In this document: one piece after another, positions 38,209 through 47,413 of the stretch | Layout of the letters: each line of letters begins with the position of its first letter | Position numbering within the stretch: position 1 is the first letter of the stretch | Source of the DNA: a virus | Taxonomy: Duplodnaviria; Caudoviricetes | Length of the DNA stretch: 64,000 bases | Direction: 5' to 3' (one strand) | IMG/VR virus record: IMGVR_UViG_2814123430_000001 | Coordinates: 691-64,690 of that record | Notes under the pieces: model-generated | Databases searched by the model: none | The model's input: only the letters and a program-made list of their open reading frames with translations | What the model was told of the DNA's origin: nothing | Position numbers and translations under genes: made by a program

Positions 38209-38359
38209 TTTCTAACTCCTGTGCGACTGCGGCCGCTTCACGTTTTACGAATTCGATCTCTTCTTGTTGCTTGCGAATTTTTGCCGCTTGCACGCGACCA
38301 TGGATAAAAACACCAGCCAAAACGGCGAAAGCCGCCCCTACAATATAAAGATTAATCAC
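38108..38359 (-). CDS. Inner-membrane spanin-like protein (DUF2681)
   Basis: GTG start; N-terminal TM then coiled coil. Confidence 0.65.
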   Translation of the reverse strand: MINLYIVGAAFAVLAGVFIHGRVQAAKIRKQQEEIEFVKREAAAVAQELENANTAKNITETNRTLSSKSVDEQLQSKGYFRED

Positions 38360-38591
38360 CGTTACCCCCTTGGCTATTGCGGTTTTGCATTGCGTTGGCG
38401 AAGCCTTTTGTTGCTGCACCACCGCCACAAAAGAGGGCGAATGTCGTGAATAATTCTGGTACATAGGAGCGATTTAACCATACGCAAAACACCAAAATCC
38501 CCGCCATGAGAAGAGCTCCAAAGAACTGGATAAATGCCGTAGTCGATAGACGACCGTCGGCGTTGGTAATCAAATCACTCATTTTTTTCAT
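38352..38591 (-). CDS. Holin-like protein (DUF2644)
   Basis: ITNADGRLSTT plus two TM segments; in lysis cassette. Confidence 0.65.
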   Translation of the reverse strand: MKKMSDLITNADGRLSTTAFIQFFGALLMAGILVFCVWLNRSYVPELFTTFALFCGGGAATKGFANAMQNRNSQGGNGD

Positions 38592-38929
38592 TCTTTTCCC
38601 TCAGTAAAATAATTATGTTTTGAGATCATATAACCAATGAAGGTTAAAATTGTTGCACATAAAAAATATCCGTAGTACGCCAGCATAATTCCAAGCAACG
38701 TGTTAGCTATGATTTCCCAATAAAATCTAGCTTTGGTGTATTGATGTTTAGGTTCAGGAAAACCAATAGAAATCACCAATACAGAGAGCGCAGTAATGAA
38801 GTAAAAAAACAATTCGTAAGATTGAATTAAGTTTTTGATGTTAAATTCATTTGCGGCAATAAACCCCAAAAATATCAACCCATCTAAAATACAACTAAAG
38901 TGAGTTAATCCTATGATTTCTCTTTTCAT
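38588..38929 (-). CDS. Hypothetical multi-TM membrane protein
   Basis: Several hydrophobic segments; AT-rich; start at MKREII. Confidence 0.6.
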   Translation of the reverse strand: MKREIIGLTHFSCILDGLIFLGFIAANEFNIKNLIQSYELFFYFITALSVLVISIGFPEPKHQYTKARFYWEIIANTLLGIMLAYYGYFLCATILTFIGYMISKHNYFTEGKE

Positions 38930-39081
38930 TAGTAACTCCAATACAAGTAAAAACCTTGTGCAGCTGTTGTGCCGCCATTGATTCTGCAGTTACGCTTTGC
39001 ATTGTTACTTGGCTTGCAACGTGGGGCTTTGTAGTTCTTCCAATATTTAGGAGAGGTAGTGTTTTTTACGCGTTTGCTCAT
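38929..39081 (-). CDS. Small basic protein (50 aa, MSKRVKNTTSPKYWK...)
   Basis: Translated by hand; overlapping start/stop codons on both sides. Confidence 0.5.
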   Translation of the reverse strand: MSKRVKNTTSPKYWKNYKAPRCKPSNNAKRNCRINGGTTAAQGFYLYWSY

Positions 39082-39299
39082 TTTGGCTCCTGAATGAGTT
39101 GGCATTGATAGATATTACCGCCCACTTTAAATTTGCCGTAACTCTGGCAGGTGTTTTGAATGTCGATCATTGTGATGATAACGACAAAACAACATACCGC
39201 TCCGCCGGCGCACAAAAGTGCCGCAAACTCTTGGTCTATAATTAGTAAAATAACGGCTACAAAGACGAACATGCCTAATAAAAACATTGCAAGTCCCAT
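39078..39299 (-). CDS. Small two-TM protein
   Basis: 73-aa hydrophobic ORF after amidase. Confidence 0.6.
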   Translation of the reverse strand: MGLAMFLLGMFVFVAVILLIIDQEFAALLCAGGAVCCFVVIITMIDIQNTCQSYGKFKVGGNIYQCQLIQEPK

Positions 39300-39301
39300 A
39301 T

Positions 39302-39853
39302 TTACCCCCGGAATAGATGGTCAACGTTAATCACTTGCTCGCTATCCAACCACGACCAAACATCAAAACAAGGACAGTCTTTAATCCACTCACTCGGAGT
39401 GATTGTGCCGTCGCCATTAACGTCCGGACTCAAATCACGATGTCCACAAATGCGTGCGCTGGAGTGTTCGCTCTCTAGTTTTTGCAATAATTTGTGCAAG
39501 GCGAGCCATTGTTCTTCGGTATATTCACCATGGTTTTTGCCAGTTGTGGTAATACCGCCAACAAGACAAATGCCTAGCGAGTGTTGATTATGACCTTTCA
39601 CGTGCGCGCCAATTTCGCCAACCATTCGGCCTGTTTCAACCGTGCCATCGGTGTCAATTACAAAGTGATAGCCAATGTTAGGCAGGTGCGGATTGAATTT
39701 TTTGGCTAAAATTGGGTCGCGTTTAAAGCCGCGTTGTGAGTGCCAGTCATTAATACGTTGAGCGGCGGTTTGATTAACTGTTCTGAGTTGCTTGCCGTTA
39801 CGAGTAGCGGAGCAATGGATCACAATTTTTGTGATAGGTAAGGATAAAGACAT
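39302..39853 (-). CDS. N-acetylmuramoyl-L-alanine amidase (endolysin of Mu element)
   Basis: IVIHCSAT, IGYHFVI, GAHVKGHN, GHRDLS..K.CP (Amidase_2 motifs). Confidence 0.92.
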   Translation of the reverse strand: MSLSLPITKIVIHCSATRNGKQLRTVNQTAAQRINDWHSQRGFKRDPILAKKFNPHLPNIGYHFVIDTDGTVETGRMVGEIGAHVKGHNQHSLGICLVGGITTTGKNHGEYTEEQWLALHKLLQKLESEHSSARICGHRDLSPDVNGDGTITPSEWIKDCPCFDVWSWLDSEQVINVDHLFRG

Positions 39854-39883
39854 AAAAAAACTCCTTTTGTAAGACTACAAAGG

Positions 39884-39928
39884 AGTTTAAAACGGATGTT
39901 TTTTTATTGATTTTAAATTGATTTAAAG
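39884..39928 (-). promoter_or_regulatory. Activator-dependent late promoter (lysis operon)
   Basis: CTTTAAA-N4-TTTAAAA dyad, 21 bp, TAAACT -10. Confidence 0.65.
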
Positions 39929-39935
39929 ATAATCG

Positions 39936-40499
39936 TTACGAAAAAATCTTATATACGGCCCAGATAATTGCTAGAAATATGATAAGCCCAATTATATCAC
40001 TAGGCTTAGTGGGTTCGTTTTTAGCTTTATTAATACCAGTTTTTAGAGCTTGAATAATTGACAATGGTTTCTCTGAATCCTCAATTGGTTCAGATTTTGA
40101 TGTGTTTTCTGTAAAAGAAAGCGTTTTGGGAAGTTCTAAAATATAGCTACGTCCAGCTTTCTTCCTTATAACCTCTCCACGATAATCCGCATAATAAAGT
40201 ACATAACGTAACAATTCCGCGCCTCTTTCGCCGTGATCCTGTTTAACTATATTAGTGAGTTTACTTTGTAATAAAGGCTCCTTTTCTAACATAATTTGAC
40301 TTATAACTAACTTTAAAATCTCCTGATACATAGGGTCTTCACCGGCAAAAATCGACACTTCTTTTGTGAATGCTTCCTTTTCCGGCTCAGTAAAGTAGTT
40401 GTAACCATACGCTACTTGTTGGTAGAAATCCCGTGCGGCATTGTAGTCTTTTTTTTTCCATGCTTTTCTTGCTATGTTTAATATATCTTCGTCAATCAT
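39936..40499 (-). CDS. Hypothetical accessory protein with C-terminal membrane anchor
   Basis: 187 aa; AT-rich; between mor and lysin; hydrophobic C-terminus IIGLIIFLAIIWAVY. Confidence 0.65.
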   Translation of the reverse strand: MIDEDILNIARKAWKKKDYNAARDFYQQVAYGYNYFTEPEKEAFTKEVSIFAGEDPMYQEILKLVISQIMLEKEPLLQSKLTNIVKQDHGERGAELLRYVLYYADYRGEVIRKKAGRSYILELPKTLSFTENTSKSEPIEDSEKPLSIIQALKTGINKAKNEPTKPSDIIGLIIFLAIIWAVYKIFS

Positions 40500-40595
40500 A
40501 AATTAATCCTTAGATTGCTAAATTGAAATCTCATGATATAAAAATTCTGCCCACAAAAAAACGCCCTTTCGGACGTTTTTTGTCATTTTTATCGG

Positions 40596-40976
40596 TTATG
40601 AGTTGCCAAACATATCAAACTGACGTCTTGCGATTTCTTCTTTTGTGATTTTCTTCACAATCTGATAAATCCACTGCATTGATACGTTGTATTTTCGCGC
40701 AAGTTCACGGTGATTTGTGCCGTTGAACTCGTTAAAAATCTTCCGGTCGCGTTCGTTTAGTAATAAAACAAGATTACGAGGGATATAAATCACCTCACCG
40801 CCCCAGCATTGCGCGATATGGTTTGCCACTTCAATGCTGATTTGCTGGGCGAGTTTTGGCTCAATATCAGCGATTTTTTCTTTGATTTTTACTTCTGTGT
40901 GTTTTGCTAAATCCGCCAAAATTTCAGGCGCTTTCTCATTAAACGTTTCAATTTGTTCATTGCTTGCATTCAACAT
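40596..40976 (-). CDS. Mor/C-family transcription activator
   Basis: WGGEVIYIP...RDRKIFNEFNGTNHRELARKYNVS..WIYQI. Confidence 0.9.
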   Translation of the reverse strand: MLNASNEQIETFNEKAPEILADLAKHTEVKIKEKIADIEPKLAQQISIEVANHIAQCWGGEVIYIPRNLVLLLNERDRKIFNEFNGTNHRELARKYNVSMQWIYQIVKKITKEEIARRQFDMFGNS

Positions 40977-41129
40977 AGCCACCCCTACTGGTTGGACGAT
41001 CACTATTGTTCAAAATTATAGCGATTTTACAATGCGTTGTGCGGATTATTTTTGCAAGTCAAGTCTTTACTTGAAAATAATTACTTGATTTATAAATAAA
41101 AAAACCGCCTTTCGGCGGTTAAAAAAAGT

Positions 41130-41672
41130 TCATTTTTGCTGTTTATCTTTCCACTTTTTCCATACATCATAGCCTGGCAAGTGTTCCACCGGTTGGCCTA
41201 GCTGATAAAAACGCTCAATATATAAAATGGTGTTTTCAATATCATCATTGCCTTGATTGGCGCGCTCTGCCTGTTGGCGTTCTGCGTTGTTTACGGCTGC
41301 TGAGCCTGTACCGGAAAAGAGTGGTCGGTTCGTTTCCATCACTTGCATTAAGTAGCGGTGATTGTTAAGCGGGGCGAGATTTCGGCTTTCTCGGCGCTTT
41401 TTCTGCACTGAATTGACCGTTTCACTCAAACAGTGGGCTAATAATTGAGACGGCGGGAATAAATCTAGCACTTCGCGCATTAATTTAACCGCTCTTGAGT
41501 TGCTTAGCGCTGATTTATCCGGGCGAAATAGTGCAATGTATGAAACTAAAGGGCGGGCTACGCCATATTTTAACTCGGTGAGCATCCCTAAAATTTCGCG
41601 CCCAGCTTCATCTTCTAAAAGTTGGTCTAAATGAATATCGGAGTGGCATACAGGACAGCGGCATAATTTCAT
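41130..41672 (-). CDS. Conserved Mu-like prophage hypothetical protein
   Basis: CRCPVCH..., YIALFRP..SALS; ATGA-coupled to gemA. Confidence 0.65.
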   Translation of the reverse strand: MKLCRCPVCHSDIHLDQLLEDEAGREILGMLTELKYGVARPLVSYIALFRPDKSALSNSRAVKLMREVLDLFPPSQLLAHCLSETVNSVQKKRRESRNLAPLNNHRYLMQVMETNRPLFSGTGSAAVNNAERQQAERANQGNDDIENTILYIERFYQLGQPVEHLPGYDVWKKWKDKQQK

Positions 41673-42130
41673 AGACCACCTCTTGCTTGCCATTTTTTCA
41701 ATCGCTCAAGCACTAGACTGGCCATATCATCGCGTAAAGCGCCCACGTTAAGCACTTGAATATTCATCCCGCGCTTAGCGTAAATTGGGTTCACTACGCC
41801 GCGCACAAACGCATTGAGCGCGTTTTCTGAGCCGTCTCGCACAAGCCCTTGTTTGCTCATTTCAATCCAAATGGCGCGAATTTTGTACGCAATGTTGCTT
41901 TTTACAACCGCACTTTTTCCGCTTGGCGAATGATTTCGGCTGCTGGTTTTCTTAAATCCTTTGGCTTCCATTTCCGCTTCCACTTTCATTAACTCTGCCA
42001 CGCTCATTTCTTTGCATGATGTTTTCCCGGTAACGCGCTCAAGCATGGCGCGATAGCTATATTCATCCATTGCCAGTTTTTGCTTGGCGATATGAATTAG
42101 CTGGATCAGCTTTGGTTTAGTTTTATGCAT
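41669..42130 (-). CDS. gemA: GemA / gp16-family regulator
   Basis: LIQLIHIAKQKL.MD...YRAML...TGKTSC..M. Confidence 0.85.
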   Translation of the reverse strand: MHKTKPKLIQLIHIAKQKLAMDEYSYRAMLERVTGKTSCKEMSVAELMKVEAEMEAKGFKKTSSRNHSPSGKSAVVKSNIAYKIRAIWIEMSKQGLVRDGSENALNAFVRGVVNPIYAKRGMNIQVLNVGALRDDMASLVLERLKKWQARGGL

Positions 42131-42202
42131 TGTTTATTCCTTTTTAAAACACATTATTCAGCCCACTTAAACGTGGCTTAAATGGGCTGTAAATGGGTTT
42201 TA

Positions 42203-42667
42203 TTACTTATAATTCGGATATTTACTTCTCAAAATCAGATAACAATTTGTCTTTAACTCAAAAATGCTTCTCGGTAGAGCGTTAATAGGTAAGGTTTTAC
42301 AGGCTTTCCCGGTATCGTCCATACCATATGGTACGCCGATTGCACGCCAACATCGTGCGGCTTGTACCGCTACGTCTTTAATCACATCTGATTTAATCAC
42401 AAAGCTATTTGGCCCAATGCGTTGCAATAAAACGCCTTGTGCCATAAGCTTTTTAACCCGTCGTCTAAATTGACTTTCGCTTAATGCGGAACCTGCAATC
42501 AGTTGGCTTATGCTCAATATTGCAAAGCTTTCTGCATCTTTCGCCGCACGCTCGTCGCTATACGTACCAACGCTGCCACCGATATAAGTCACTAAGGTTC
42601 CTTGCGCTATCCTGTCTAATGTTTCGTCCCAGATATATTCAAGGATGTGTTCATCTAGCACTTTCAT
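42203..42667 (-). CDS. Hypothetical protein with winged-helix-like segment
   Basis: LSESQFRRRVKKLMAQGVL; in semi-essential early region. Confidence 0.55.
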   Translation of the reverse strand: MKVLDEHILEYIWDETLDRIAQGTLVTYIGGSVGTYSDERAAKDAESFAILSISQLIAGSALSESQFRRRVKKLMAQGVLLQRIGPNSFVIKSDVIKDVAVQAARCWRAIGVPYGMDDTGKACKTLPINALPRSIFELKTNCYLILRSKYPNYK

Positions 42668-42834
42668 ACCTTCCCCAATCTCATTCTCAACCCTGGCAAC
42701 AAGTTCTGCACATTCCCCACATAAACTGCTGCGTGTTGATTTTGCCCTGTGCGTAACGCGCAGAGCGCGTGTGTGAGCTGTTTTGCCGCTTGTTCTAATT
42801 GCTCGTCTAAGCGCATTTTTTCTTGCTCAGTCAT
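42664..42834 (-). CDS. Small hypothetical protein (56 aa)
   Basis: Translated by hand (MTEQEKMRLDEQLEQAAK...); ATGA coupling at both ends. Confidence 0.6.
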   Translation of the reverse strand: MTEQEKMRLDEQLEQAAKQLTHALCALRTGQNQHAAVYVGNVQNLLPGLRMRLGKV

Positions 42835-42995
42835 ACTTCCTCCACTTCAACCACATCGTCAATTTCTGTAATGGTGTGCGGCAGTTTATTTACATCGCAT
42901 ACATTTAGGTCGCACATATCTAAAACTTGTTCGTTGCTTTCTGCTTCAACAACGGCTTCTACTAAACAGTAAAAACGGGCTATATATTTCGCCAT
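42831..42995 (-). CDS. Small acidic hypothetical protein (54 aa)
   Basis: Translated by hand (MAKYIARFYCLVEAVVEAES...); GGAGG SD. Confidence 0.6.
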   Translation of the reverse strand: MAKYIARFYCLVEAVVEAESNEQVLDMCDLNVCDVNKLPHTITEIDDVVEVEEV

Positions 42996-43004
42996 GATAT
43001 CCTC

Positions 43005-43199
43005 CTAGAAAGGTTTTCTAATTACTCGGTCACAAAATGCACCACGCCATTTGCACCATTCTTTATTTTTTTGGCCGCTCGCATTAAGTTCTGCGATAGC
43101 CCATTGTTCCTTGGCATCTTGTAAGTCGCCTTGGCGTTCACTAATTGCCGCTTTTTCACTGTAATATTTGAAGCGGTTAAACTTGTGGATGTTTCCCAT
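43005..43199 (-). CDS. ANR/PerC-like small regulator
   Basis: KAA..ER.GD...A...W..AE pattern; typical position after gam. Confidence 0.55.
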   Translation of the reverse strand: MGNIHKFNRFKYYSEKAAISERQGDLQDAKEQWAIAELNASGQKNKEWCKWRGAFCDRVIRKPF

Positions 43200-43279
43200 T
43201 TTTTGTTTCCTTTTATGGTTGATTAAAACTTATTATGAACGCCCCTTAAATTAGGGTTTAAAGAGCGTTTAAATAGGCT

Positions 43280-43366
43280 TTATTCCTGGTCTAATAAGCC
43301 CACGATTAGGCTTAGAATTACCCCGATAATCAAATATGACACCGGGTTCAATGCCCAGGCTGGCAT
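43280..43366 (-). CDS. 28-aa single-TM peptide
   Basis: MPAWALNPVSYLIIGVILSLIVGLLDQE; TAATG coupling to gam. Confidence 0.5.
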   Translation of the reverse strand: MPAWALNPVSYLIIGVILSLIVGLLDQE

Positions 43367-43887
43367 TATTTCGCCTCCTGTTCAAAAGGGGTGATCACAA
43401 AATCTTCCACGCCGGTTTTAATCGTTACACCTGCCACCGTTGCGGCTAATTCAGGCTCATTTAACATGGCCTCTTTGTTGATTTCTTCCTTGGTGCGAAT
43501 AAAACGAACCAAGCCTAACGTGTGCAAACTTTCAATCACGCTCTCTGTGCCGCGAATACCTACTGACGGTGGGCGTTGTCGCCATTGCACTTCACCGGTA
43601 TTGAAAGTGCCTGTTTTGGTTTTGCCGTTTAATGTCAATTCATCGCGGCGGCTTTCACACCAGGCTTGCACTGCATCTTGTTTTGGCGCGAGCTTTTCTT
43701 TGATTGCGTTCATCAATGGGGCGTATTCTTCGGTGATTGCGGCCAAGCGGTCGTTTTGCTCAATCGCTAGGCGTTCTAATTCGCGGTTTAAATCGCCGAT
43801 CTCTTTAATTGCCACTTCCACTTCATCGCGCGTTTGATAACGCACTGCAAAGGTGTCGGTTTTAATTCGGGTTGGTTTTTTTGCCAT
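43366..43887 (-). CDS. gam: Host-nuclease inhibitor Gam (Mu Gam family)
   Basis: EVAIKEIGDL.RE..., KTGTFNTGEVQWRQRPPSV, IRTKEEINKEA. Confidence 0.92.
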   Translation of the reverse strand: MAKKPTRIKTDTFAVRYQTRDEVEVAIKEIGDLNRELERLAIEQNDRLAAITEEYAPLMNAIKEKLAPKQDAVQAWCESRRDELTLNGKTKTGTFNTGEVQWRQRPPSVGIRGTESVIESLHTLGLVRFIRTKEEINKEAMLNEPELAATVAGVTIKTGVEDFVITPFEQEAK

Positions 43888-43903
43888 TTTTTCCTCCTGG
43901 TTT

Positions 43904-44230
43904 TTAGTGTAAATAACTGCGCCAAATTACCTTGATGCCTTCGACCATCATTTGATATTCGGCAAAATGCACGCCATCGTTGCCTTGGATATACGCAAGC
44001 GCCTGACCTGTTTTCTCTAATTTCTTAGTTAATGCGTTCGGCTCAATGCGCACGCGCGGTTTGATTTTGTCAAACTCAATGCTTAATACATGCAACCCCA
44101 TTTTGTTTAACTCAACCACGCATTTTTGCGTTTGTGATAAGTAACCTAGGGCGATTTTGTTGTAGCCACCAAACACTGGATGTGGTTTAGTTTGCTCGCG
44201 CAAGGTGTTGTTTTTTGTAATGCTTGTCAT
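43904..44230 (-). CDS. Hypothetical early protein
   Basis: 108-aa ORF coupled to B. Confidence 0.6.
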   Translation of the reverse strand: MTSITKNNTLREQTKPHPVFGGYNKIALGYLSQTQKCVVELNKMGLHVLSIEFDKIKPRVRIEPNALTKKLEKTGQALAYIQGNDGVHFAEYQMMVEGIKVIWRSYLH

Positions 44231-45147
44231 TAGTTCGCTCCTTTCATTTGTGCTTGGGCGGTTAAAATTAGGTCTAGTGTGATGACAGTGCCTTGTCCTT
44301 TCGCTGTCATGCCGGCTAGGCGTAAATATTGCGTTAAAGCGCGTAAGCCGCCCGCCTTGCCGCCGATGTCATAAAGGACGGTCATTAAATCCTTGTCGGC
44401 TATATCAAGCCCCCAGGCTTGCGCGATGGCTTTAATATCGCCTTTTGTGCTGGCTTTAACGCCGCAGTTGTTACCAATTCGTGACCATAAACGCGCGTAT
44501 TCATGCGCCTGGTTTACGCCGCCTTGGATGCGGGTGTAAACTTTATCGTTACCAATTAATGCAAAGCCTACTTCAGCTTCTTCTTGGATAATTCGGATCT
44601 CTTCTAACGCGTCATAAGGAAGGTGGTCGCTTTCATCAATGATGACCAAACCCTGTGTGCCTTTGAGCTTTTTAGTAATTAGGCGTGATAGGCGGTCTTT
44701 ACGGCGTGGCGCATCGTTAATACCTAACTCAAGTGCTAACTCATACAAAATACTGCTTAATGTTGCGCGCGCTGGGCTTGCGGTAATCATCCACACGTTT
44801 TGGTTGGCTTTTTTATATTCTTGGCATGCTTTTGTTTTACCCACACCGCTTGCGCCGTAAACGGTCACCATGGTTGGCAAAATCTTGGCCATATCTAACG
44901 CTGAAAATACTTTCTTGGCGGTCGGAATTTCGATAAAGTGCGGTGCTTCCACAAACACTTTTTCTTTTTTCTCGCGGGTTGAAAGCCAGTTTTTTAATGC
45001 GACTTCTACGTTTTCAACGTTCCCGGTGTAAGTGCCTTTTAAATATGCACTCAACGCCCCGGCTGAAATCCCAGCTTGCGCCGCAATTTCGCGCTGCGTG
45101 TGGACTTGGTTGTCTAAAAGTTGCTTGATTTGTTCAATTAAAGTCAT
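44230..45147 (-). CDS. DNA transposition protein B (AAA ATPase)
   Basis: N-terminal HTH, GASGVGKT Walker A, IIDESD Walker B. Confidence 0.93.
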   Translation of the reverse strand: MTLIEQIKQLLDNQVHTQREIAAQAGISAGALSAYLKGTYTGNVENVEVALKNWLSTREKKEKVFVEAPHFIEIPTAKKVFSALDMAKILPTMVTVYGASGVGKTKACQEYKKANQNVWMITASPARATLSSILYELALELGINDAPRRKDRLSRLITKKLKGTQGLVIIDESDHLPYDALEEIRIIQEEAEVGFALIGNDKVYTRIQGGVNQAHEYARLWSRIGNNCGVKASTKGDIKAIAQAWGLDIADKDLMTVLYDIGGKAGGLRALTQYLRLAGMTAKGQGTVITLDLILTAQAQMKGAN

Positions 45148-45170
45148 GTTTAACGCTCCTTAAATGCGGC

Positions 45171-47141
45171 TTAAAGCCCTTTTTCTTCTTTAATCATGGC
45201 TAATCCTTTACGCCAGCCTTGTTCAAAATCGTTGGTTTCTTCATCGTCATCTAATACCGCTTCGTGTTTGCGTACTGCGTTACCTTCTTGTCGGAATAGC
45301 TCGATGATTTTCGGTTCTAGCGGTTCTTCTTCCTCGAATTGAGGCTGATAACGCGCTGCTTCTTGTGCATTCATAGTGAGTGTGGCTTTCGCTTGGGCTT
45401 TCACCGCTTTCACCATTTGTTTGCGTGCTTTATCGTGTTCGCGGCCTTTCGCTTTATCACCAAACGCCACCGCATCTGTACATTTCGCTTCGGCTAAGAA
45501 CACGCCATCCAAACCGTAAACCCACACTTTGTTGTGCAAGTCTTGCGGGTCGAATTTCACCACCACCTTGCGGTGCGCTGTGGCAATTAGCTCGCTCGCT
45601 AAATAGCGGTTTTTGCGATTATTGACCTTGCCACCAGCTTCTAACTCAAATGTGCCGTCTTTTCTCAATGTAACGGCTTCGCTCATCAGCATTAAAAACC
45701 GCATTTGTTCTGCGCTTGCCTTGCGAATTTGCGCCTTGGCGTAATCGCGCTCAAACACTTGGCTGAAACTGTAAATGCCTTGGCATATTTCGGTTTGTCT
45801 GCCTTCGCGTTCATTGAAAGTGCGGATGCCATCTTCTATGGCTAAAATAAATGTGTCGTAATCTACGCCGTCTTTCCCGCCGTTATAGTTGTCAGGCTTG
45901 CTGTAAACATTTTCCCCGGCGTAAAAGCCCGCTAGGCTTGGGTGTTTATCAACTAACTCGCCTAAACCACCGTGTGAAAACGCACGTTCGATTGGTTTTG
46001 CTTGCCCGTGGCCTTTGCCAAATTGCACCGATGTCCACAACAATTCGATGCCAAGCATCGGGATAATCCCGGTCACATCATCTTCTTTTACTTTGAAGCG
46101 GTAGCGGTTCTTAACGCCCCCGGTCATCCATTTGTTTGCCGCTGCGCGGGTGTTATCAATGGTGCATTTTTTCGGGATGCCGTATTTCCAAATCAGATCC
46201 ATCAAACTTAATCGGATGGTGTCGCTGTTTTCGCTTAAATCTACGCGGTAGGCGAGAATTTTGCGGGTGCGAATGTCTTGCCAAATCCAGGTTTTAGGGC
46301 GGACAATTTCGCCGTTATGCCAACGCACAAATACGTTGTGTTGATAACCGTCGCCGTTAATCCACTCAAGGGCTTCAATTTCAGCCACTGTGCGGCGCAT
46401 TGATGGGTAATATTGCATGACTGCATGGTCACCTTCGCGTAATTGCACTTGCACCAATTTCGGCACTTCTCGCGCGATTTTGCGCTTAATACTGCTCGCT
46501 GATGGAATTGACCAGCCGTTTTCTCGTGCAGCGCGTTTTAAACGCTCGTAACAGCTGCCAAATTGCGGGCATTCCGGTCTAAAATAGTCGGCTTTAAATG
46601 CCTCCCAGGCTTCTTCTGTGAAGTCTGCTTCTTTGCCAGCTTTTTTGTTGCTGTGTTTATCCAATAACAAAGGAAGCCAATCCGGGCGTTCAAAAGACCG
46701 CACTTTGTAATACCAACGTTTGAGCGAGCCTTTCGCGATTTCATACTCAGTAGAAACCGCATCAAGCGCCATCATTAATGCCACGTTGTTTTTCACTAAA
46801 TCGTCTAGCTTGTGCAGTGGGGCGAGTTTCGCTTTTGCTTCTTCCTTTTGTTTATCGGTCGCTTTTTCATAAGGCTTCCAAATAACTTCCGGTAGGTAGT
46901 TGAGTTCTTTTTTAGCTTTCGGCGCTTCTGCCATAACAGGAGTCGCGTTTTGCTTTAATAAGATCTCGGCTTGGGTATCTTCAGGTAAGGAACTGAATTT
47001 ATACTCAAATGTTTTCCCTTTCACGCCATCTCTTTGACGTTTAACCCAATTCTCGCGGTCGGCTTTTTTGGTTATGCCACGATCTGATTTTGGTAGAGTT
47101 TCAAGCCCTAAAAGCTCTTGAACTGTTAGCCACTTTTCCAT
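45171..47141 (-). CDS. Mu-like DDE transposase A
   Basis: N-terminal Mu HTH domain, catalytic motifs INGDG, IDN, KPIER. Confidence 0.95.
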   Translation of the reverse strand: MEKWLTVQELLGLETLPKSDRGITKKADRENWVKRQRDGVKGKTFEYKFSSLPEDTQAEILLKQNATPVMAEAPKAKKELNYLPEVIWKPYEKATDKQKEEAKAKLAPLHKLDDLVKNNVALMMALDAVSTEYEIAKGSLKRWYYKVRSFERPDWLPLLLDKHSNKKAGKEADFTEEAWEAFKADYFRPECPQFGSCYERLKRAARENGWSIPSASSIKRKIAREVPKLVQVQLREGDHAVMQYYPSMRRTVAEIEALEWINGDGYQHNVFVRWHNGEIVRPKTWIWQDIRTRKILAYRVDLSENSDTIRLSLMDLIWKYGIPKKCTIDNTRAAANKWMTGGVKNRYRFKVKEDDVTGIIPMLGIELLWTSVQFGKGHGQAKPIERAFSHGGLGELVDKHPSLAGFYAGENVYSKPDNYNGGKDGVDYDTFILAIEDGIRTFNEREGRQTEICQGIYSFSQVFERDYAKAQIRKASAEQMRFLMLMSEAVTLRKDGTFELEAGGKVNNRKNRYLASELIATAHRKVVVKFDPQDLHNKVWVYGLDGVFLAEAKCTDAVAFGDKAKGREHDKARKQMVKAVKAQAKATLTMNAQEAARYQPQFEEEEPLEPKIIELFRQEGNAVRKHEAVLDDDEETNDFEQGWRKGLAMIKEEKGL

Positions 47142-47154
47142 AACCAGCTCCTTT

Positions 47155-47367
47155 TTATAAGTAACGTTCAGGCCATATTTCTTGCACTGGAACGTTGATA
47201 CAATCAGAGATGATCTTTTCCCCTTTCGGGTATTTACGGTCTAATGCATTTGCTAGTGTTCTTGGGTGTAACCCGGCGTCCACTGATAACTGTGTCAGCG
47301 TTGTTCCTTGTTTACGAATCGCTGCAATAATGTCGGCGCGATGCATATTTTTTTTACTCTTTTTCAT
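47155..47367 (-). CDS. ner: Ner-family repressor
   Basis: MHRADIIAAIRKQG..L..LS...GL...TL.NAL...YPKGE.II...IWPERY. Confidence 0.92.
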   Translation of the reverse strand: MKKSKKNMHRADIIAAIRKQGTTLTQLSVDAGLHPRTLANALDRKYPKGEKIISDCINVPVQEIWPERYL

Positions 47368-47413
47368 TATGTGCTATCCTTATTACGATGATTTATGTAA
47401 GTGAGTAACTTGA

